Below, piece by piece: positions 58,557 through 64,000 of a stretch of DNA of 64,000 nucleotides. The notes beneath the pieces were generated by a model that saw nothing but the letters and a program-made list of their open reading frames with translations, searched no databases and was not told where the DNA came from. The first letter of the stretch is position 1. Every line of letters begins with the position of its first letter. The translations under genes were made by a program, and so were the position numbers. The DNA lies in contig JAXGPA010000001.1 in the NCBI GenBank assembly GCA_040767195.1, forward strand, positions 961,759 through 1,025,758. Direction: 5' to 3'. The DNA is from Syntrophales bacterium. GTDB lineage: Bacteria; Desulfobacterota; Syntrophia; Syntrophales; UBA6807.

Positions 58557-60032
58557 TCAGGGTTGCGATTCTTTCGGCGCCACCTCGATGGTCACCTCCA
58601 CCGGGGGTGGCGTGCCTTCGGTGAACCGGGCGTCGGAGGGCAGGACAAGGCGGGGCTTTACCGTCGTCGTTGCCTGGATTTCCCCCAGGTTGACCGGTTC
58701 CGTGAGGACGCGGATGGATTTCTTCCCGTTCGCCGGGGCCAGAACGGGGATGACTTCCGGACGGGCGGAGATCTGCTTCAGCGTGAGCCCTTCGCGAAGG
58801 GCCCCCGTCGTCTGGACCTTGATGATTCCCTCGGCGAGCCCGAGCTTTCTGGCAGAGAGGGGAACCCGGGAGGGATCGAACCGGACGAGGGACAGGTTGG
58901 AGGGAAGTTTCAGCTGGTCTTCCCGGAGCGGCACATACTGCTCCCCTTCCCTCAGGTCGGTCATGTCGAGAATGATCTTGAGTGAATCGGGGTTCATGAG
59001 AGAAAAGGCCTGGGCGCTTCCTTCAAGGGTGACGATGGATTCCTTTGGAACGGGCTCCTCGAGAATCCAGTCGGCGGGAAGATTCCGGTAAACCAGGGGA
59101 ACGCTGAAATCTTTACGGATGCTTTCCCCGGGCGTGGTGAAAACGACCCAGAGGCCGAAGGCGAGGACGACGGCCATGATCTTCTGCCAGGTATTCTCGC
59201 GGATCCAGTGGCGGAATGACCATTCCTCCTTTCCCGGGGCCGGCCTCCGATAGAACTGGCGGACGATGTCTCTCAGCTCCTCCATGTTTTTGACCTTGTG
59301 GAGAAGCCCCTCCCGGGCGAGGGAAACGGCTTCCCGCTCTTCCGAAACGACGATGCACAGGGCGTCGGACCGCTCGGTGAGGCCGATGGCCGCCGTGTGC
59401 CGGAGACCGTAATTCCCGATTTTTTCGGCGTCCAGGGAAAGGGGGAGGTGGCAGCCGAATTTGCTGACCCGGCCGTCCTCGATGACGGCGGCCCCGTCAT
59501 GGCCCTCCGAGTGGGGATCGAACAGGCTTTCCAGAAGGGGACCGCTGAACCTTCCATCCAGCGGGACCCCCCCCTTCAAATGGCGGTCCAGGTGGTCGTT
59601 GCCCCGGAGAACGATGAGGGCGCCGTAGCGCTTTTTCATGAGGATCGGGACGGTCTGGCCGAGGACGTCCATGACCTGGTAGGCGTAGACGGCCTGGCGC
59701 CGCTTTTTCATGAATCCCCAGGTGGCAATCCTCTCGAAGAAGAGCCGGAGATCCTCCTGAAAGATGACCACCAGGGCGATAAGGAGAATGGCGAAGAACC
59801 CCTGGAGGAGATACACGGTGAGATAGAGCTGGAACTGCCGGGACAGGATGTAGATGAGCCCCATGATGGTGATGCCGATGAAAACGAACCGGGAGGTGGT
59901 CTTCCAGAACCAGATGAGGACGGTGTATATGAAAACGGAAATAATGAGAATGTCGATGAAATCTCGGATTCCGAAATTGGAGAGAAGCTCGAAAAGATGA
60001 AATCGCTGTGAGGGGTCGATAAAGAGGTTCAC
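58557..60032 (-). CDS. Membrane diadenylate cyclase (CdaA/DacA) fused to a CdaR/YbbR-like region
   Basis: Three N-terminal TMs, VIFQEDLR, GALIV, HDGA, GLRHTAAIGLTE.SDA..IVVSEE, then NTWQKIMAVVLAFGLWVVF TM and a beta-rich YbbR-like tail. Confidence 0.9.
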   Translation of the reverse strand: MNLFIDPSQRFHLFELLSNFGIRDFIDILIISVFIYTVLIWFWKTTSRFVFIGITIMGLIYILSRQFQLYLTVYLLQGFFAILLIALVVIFQEDLRLFFERIATWGFMKKRRQAVYAYQVMDVLGQTVPILMKKRYGALIVLRGNDHLDRHLKGGVPLDGRFSGPLLESLFDPHSEGHDGAAVIEDGRVSKFGCHLPLSLDAEKIGNYGLRHTAAIGLTERSDALCIVVSEEREAVSLAREGLLHKVKNMEELRDIVRQFYRRPAPGKEEWSFRHWIRENTWQKIMAVVLAFGLWVVFTTPGESIRKDFSVPLVYRNLPADWILEEPVPKESIVTLEGSAQAFSLMNPDSLKIILDMTDLREGEQYVPLREDQLKLPSNLSLVRFDPSRVPLSARKLGLAEGIIKVQTTGALREGLTLKQISARPEVIPVLAPANGKKSIRVLTEPVNLGEIQATTTVKPRLVLPSDARFTEGTPPPVEVTIEVAPKESQP

Positions 60033-60156
60033 GTTGCCTTTCCTGTTTTGACGGCCGCCGGGACACCGCTGCCTTCTTTTACCATAACGGGAAAAATTTT
60101 ACCACACTGAAGACCGTTAAGAATTGAAGATTCTTCGACGATTGCAGAGCCGATCC

Positions 60157-60186
60157 TTGACAGAAGGAAGCTCCTTTGGTTATGTT
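60157..60186 (+). promoter_or_regulatory. Candidate sigma-70 promoter of the dynamin-like gene
   Basis: TTGACA-18 nt-TATGTT, 38 nt before ATG 60225. Confidence 0.5.
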
Positions 60187-60224
60187 GAGGCACTTTATCG
60201 TGACGAAAAGGACGAACGGGCCCG

Positions 60225-62465
60225 ATGAACAGTTTTGAATCCATGAAAAGAGATCTTCTCCTTCTGAACGGGGACATCCTCGCGCTGTTCAATAATGCAA
60301 AAAAAATGCCCGGTATAACGGCCTTTCCCTTCGAAGACGGGGACAAAATCAGCCGCGCCGTGGCGGAGCAGGTCCGGGAGGATGTCCTCCGGATCGCGGT
60401 GGTCGGGGCGATCAAGTCGGGGAAGAGCACCTTCGTCAACGCCTTTCTCGGAGGGGATTACCTGAAGCGGGGCGCCGGGGTGGTCACGTCCATCGTCACC
60501 CGGGTCCGGAAGGGGGAGAGCCTGGAAGCCCGCCTGGACTTCAAGTCCTTCCCGGAGGTGAACGGGGAAATCAACGAGGCGCTCGTTCTCTTTCCCTCTT
60601 TTCAGGACGGGGCGGAAAAAACCGAGGTGGACATCCGGAGGGAGAAAGACCGGGAAAACCTGGCGGCCCTCTTGGCCTCCCTGAACAAGGACAGGCTTCT
60701 CGCCGAAGATTCCCTCGACGCCAACGCGGTGCTCCTGTCGTCCTGCCTCAAGGGCTATGACCGGGTCAGGGACATTCTCGCCTGGGATGAAAAAGTGCAA
60801 ACCTTCAAAGGGGATGCGTTTGAACAGCACCGAAATTTCGTCGGCGACGACAGCCTGTCCGTCTATCTTCGGGACGTGGAGCTCCGGATCCCCGGACCGG
60901 GAAACCTGGACGAGAACATGGAAATCGCCGACTGCCAGGGCAGCGATTCCACCAATCCGCTCCATTTGGCCATGATTCAGGATTATCTTCTGCGGACCCA
61001 CCTGATCCTCTATCTGGTGAGCAGCCGCACGGGGATCCGCCAGGCGGATCTCAAGTTTCTCTCCATGATCCGGAAGATGGGACTTCTCGAGAATATCTTT
61101 TTCGTGGTGAACGTGGATTTCAACGAGCACGAGGGGGTGGACGACCTTCGAAAGCTCGTCGGCCGCGTGCGGGATGACCTGGCGGTGATCCGGGAAGATC
61201 CCCATGTCTTAGCCTACTCCACCCTTTACGACCTTCTTCGAAAGATGAAAGGAGGTCTTTCGGCGAAGGATGAAGCCCGGCTGGCCCAGTGGGAGCAGGA
61301 CACGGAAATGATCACGTACGCCGATACCGAGCGCCGCCGGTTCGAGACCCTCTTCCGGGAAAAACTGACCCGGGACCGTGTCGTCCTCCTGTTGAACAAC
61401 CACGTGGAACGGCTCGGGGTGGCCGTGGCGGGGCTCTTCGACTGGGCGACCTTCACCGGGGACCTCCTCACGGCGAACAGCGGGAACGTTCGTCACATCA
61501 CGGACCGACTGAGGAAGGAACAGGAGCGGGTGAACCAGGTGACCGCCATGATCCGGGACACCCTTGACGGGGCGTCGCAGAAAATCAAGGGAGAACTGCA
61601 CCGGGACATCGACGGGTTCCTTGATCCCCATTTCGGGGAAATCGTAAAAGGGGTCCAGGCGTTCATCCGGAAGGAGGGAAAGCCCTACAGGGAGCGGGAC
61701 GAAGACATCGACGGCATGGGCTTTTCCGCTACCCTGTACAAGTCTTTTCAGCACTTCAAGCGGTCCCTCGACCTTTACATGACGGAGACGGTAAACCCCA
61801 AGCTCGTCCAGTTCATCCGCCAGGAGGAGAAAAAGGCCGCCGACCGCCTCGTGGAGATCGCCGGGCCCTACCAGGCCATGGTCCGGGATACCCTGGAGCG
61901 GTATGAGGAAACCCTGAAGGGGACGGGTGTCACACCGGCCGAACGGCCCCCGCTGGAGGGCATTTCCCTGGATCCGGAAGGGATCCGCCGCCGGTCCGGC
62001 CTGGCCGTCCCGCCCCTGGCCACCTCCCTCCACTATTCGGCGCGGATCCGCACGGAGGCCGTCGTGCGGCTCGGTGTCTACAATGTCATGGGAACGCTGA
62101 AGCGGTGGTTCCGCCGGGCGGGGAGCGCGGAAGGCGAAGGGGCCCGTCATGCCCTGGAAGACAGCCTGAGGCGGATCCGGCGGGAAACGGAGCGGTCCGT
62201 CGTCTTTCACATGAGCAACTACCGGGAAAACCTGAAATACCAGTACATGTTCAAACTCGTGGACCTCATGTCGAACACGCTCTATGACGGGATCCGGGAT
62301 CGATTCCGGGTCCTGACGGCGGATCTCTCCGATATCGAGCGGCTCGCCGATCAGGAAAAGGACGTTAAAGAGGCGTCTCTCCAAGCCTTGGCCGGCCTGG
62401 AGGCCTCCTCCCGGGAACTTCTCCGGCGACTCGGGGACCTGCGGGTGAAGATGACGTCTTCGTAA
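60225..62465 (+). CDS. Bacterial dynamin-like GTPase
   Basis: LRIAVVGAIKSGKSTFVNAFLG (G1), VVTSIVT (G2), IADCQG (G3), long helical C-terminal trunk. Confidence 0.82.
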   Translation: MNSFESMKRDLLLLNGDILALFNNAKKMPGITAFPFEDGDKISRAVAEQVREDVLRIAVVGAIKSGKSTFVNAFLGGDYLKRGAGVVTSIVTRVRKGESLEARLDFKSFPEVNGEINEALVLFPSFQDGAEKTEVDIRREKDRENLAALLASLNKDRLLAEDSLDANAVLLSSCLKGYDRVRDILAWDEKVQTFKGDAFEQHRNFVGDDSLSVYLRDVELRIPGPGNLDENMEIADCQGSDSTNPLHLAMIQDYLLRTHLILYLVSSRTGIRQADLKFLSMIRKMGLLENIFFVVNVDFNEHEGVDDLRKLVGRVRDDLAVIREDPHVLAYSTLYDLLRKMKGGLSAKDEARLAQWEQDTEMITYADTERRRFETLFREKLTRDRVVLLLNNHVERLGVAVAGLFDWATFTGDLLTANSGNVRHITDRLRKEQERVNQVTAMIRDTLDGASQKIKGELHRDIDGFLDPHFGEIVKGVQAFIRKEGKPYRERDEDIDGMGFSATLYKSFQHFKRSLDLYMTETVNPKLVQFIRQEEKKAADRLVEIAGPYQAMVRDTLERYEETLKGTGVTPAERPPLEGISLDPEGIRRRSGLAVPPLATSLHYSARIRTEAVVRLGVYNVMGTLKRWFRRAGSAEGEGARHALEDSLRRIRRETERSVVFHMSNYRENLKYQYMFKLVDLMSNTLYDGIRDRFRVLTADLSDIERLADQEKDVKEASLQALAGLEASSRELLRRLGDLRVKMTSS

Positions 62466-62543
62466 GATTCCCGGCGAAAGGCGGCTTTCCCGGAGAGATT
62501 CCCGGGAAACAGGGCGGTGGCGGGCTGTCCTTCCCTCACCGTC

Positions 62544-63773
62544 TCAATTCCGGCACGAGATACCCCGGGACGCCAGGATCAGGAAGAGAATCCAGGCCAG
62601 GAGAAAAAGAATGGCGCCGGCGGCGGCGGTGTAAACGGATTGGAGCCCCCACGCCTCTTCCAGCCATCCCGCCAGGTAGACGGAAAGAGACCCCACGCCG
62701 AAAACGAGAATGAACTTTATCCCATAGCCGGTGCTCCGCCACCGCGACGGCGTGAAACGGGCCACCAGGCTGTTTTCCGCGGGCTGCATCCCCAGGGCGA
62801 AGAGAATGTAGAGGGCCGCCGCGGCAACGAGAGGGAGGTCCGTGAGCCGGCTCATGAGAAGGACGAAGGGAAGACTGAGAGCGTGGAAGGCGAAATAGAG
62901 CCAACGCAGGTCAAAGCGGTCCGCCAGCCTCCCGCCCATGATCTGGCCGATGATGCCGACGAGGTAGATGAGGGAAGCCAGGAACGTGGCGGCCATGGTT
63001 TTCGCCCCCGCCAGGTTTTCCAGGGGAAATTGACGGAGGTAATCCCACAGGAAACCGGCCCGGTATTCCAGGTACGCGGGCAGGACCACGCTGTTTCCCC
63101 GGTAAACGAGACCGGAGAGCGTCATGATGACGCAGAGGATGAGAAAGTATCTTCCGTAGTTGTTGGCTTTGACGCCGCCGGGCGGCGGTTCGTTTTCGTC
63201 GGGCCGGACGGCCCGTTCGTCGATGGGGACGAAGCGGAGGAAGAGTCCCCAGAGGAGGCAGATCCCGCCGACGACCAGGTAGGTGAGGCGCCAGCCTACA
63301 AGCCAGTTGAGAAGACCGGCGGTGAAGGGGGCGCTGACCATGCCCAGATTGCCGAAGGCCCCGTTGATGCCCAGCGCCGTCCCCCGGTTCCGGATGCCCA
63401 TGGAAATCATGCCCATCCCGGCGGCATGGTAAATGCTGTTGAAAAAGCCGACGACCCCCAGGGAAATCATGACCATCCCGGCGGACGACGAAACCGCCGT
63501 CATGAGGCCCCCGATGCCGCAGCCCGTGAAGAAAATGACGAGGCTTCTCCGGTTGCCGAACCGGTCCGAGATGATGCCCCAGGGCAGGGCGCCGAGACCG
63601 TAGAGAAGATACATGGGAAAGGCAAGCTTGAGAATGTCGGGCAGGTCTCTCTGGAAATAGACCATGAGGGGAATGGCCAGCGCCGGGAAGAGCAGCTCGT
63701 AGAAATGGGAAAAAAAGTGAGCCGCGCAGGTGAAAACAAGGATCTTTCTCTCGTTCGTCCAGGATTTCGTCAA
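62544..63773 (-). CDS. MFS transporter
   Basis: HFFSHFY, GIISDRFG, NSIYH, GGRLADRF; about 12 TM helices; AAGGAG SD with TTG start. Confidence 0.9.
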   Translation of the reverse strand: MTKSWTNERKILVFTCAAHFFSHFYELLFPALAIPLMVYFQRDLPDILKLAFPMYLLYGLGALPWGIISDRFGNRRSLVIFFTGCGIGGLMTAVSSSAGMVMISLGVVGFFNSIYHAAGMGMISMGIRNRGTALGINGAFGNLGMVSAPFTAGLLNWLVGWRLTYLVVGGICLLWGLFLRFVPIDERAVRPDENEPPPGGVKANNYGRYFLILCVIMTLSGLVYRGNSVVLPAYLEYRAGFLWDYLRQFPLENLAGAKTMAATFLASLIYLVGIIGQIMGGRLADRFDLRWLYFAFHALSLPFVLLMSRLTDLPLVAAAALYILFALGMQPAENSLVARFTPSRWRSTGYGIKFILVFGVGSLSVYLAGWLEEAWGLQSVYTAAAGAILFLLAWILFLILASRGISCRN

Positions 63774-64000
63774 CGGGGCGGACTCCTTTTCCGAAAAAGC
63801 CGATATTTTGCGGGCGCGTTAAAAAAGGACGGCGGTCCCGGTGATTCCATTTAGTCGTTGCACCCCGCCGGCCCGGAGATCCTATGGGTTTTTCGGGCTC
63901 AATATAATGGTCCTGGCGGGATTTGTACAGGGGCACCCTGACGACTTAATAAAAAGCCCATATCCTGTGTTGCCCTTCATCCCCCTTTGATTGCTCATTC

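Overview
GC-rich bacterial core-genome window. The gene content (FixCX/EtfAB/acyl-CoA dehydrogenase, phenylacetate-CoA ligase, OFA transporter, Fe-S proteins, sigma-54 promoter) suggests an anaerobic Desulfobacterota/Syntrophales-like organism, which is an inference. About 58 CDS are supported, including gap, radA, serC, serA, purA, rsfS, comF, dksA, mnmG, greA and recCBD. I saw no rRNA, tRNA, CRISPR array, prophage or intact mobile element. A short degenerate IS1202/ISNCY-like remnant lies at about 2155-2330. The best candidates for under-described biology are: (1) a partner-switching operon containing an orphan THI5/NMT1-type binding protein; (2) a fused CdaA-CdaR diadenylate cyclase divergent from an atypical dynamin-like GTPase, with a TolB-like lipoprotein downstream; (3) a TIGR01212 radical SAM gene head-to-head with mnmG and a GlmU-like LbH gene; (4) a J-domain gene with no canonical start codon; (5) a TlpA/CXXC-miniprotein/4Fe-4S module; (6) a structured greA leader. 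All family calls come from recognising motifs by eye, and no database searches were run.
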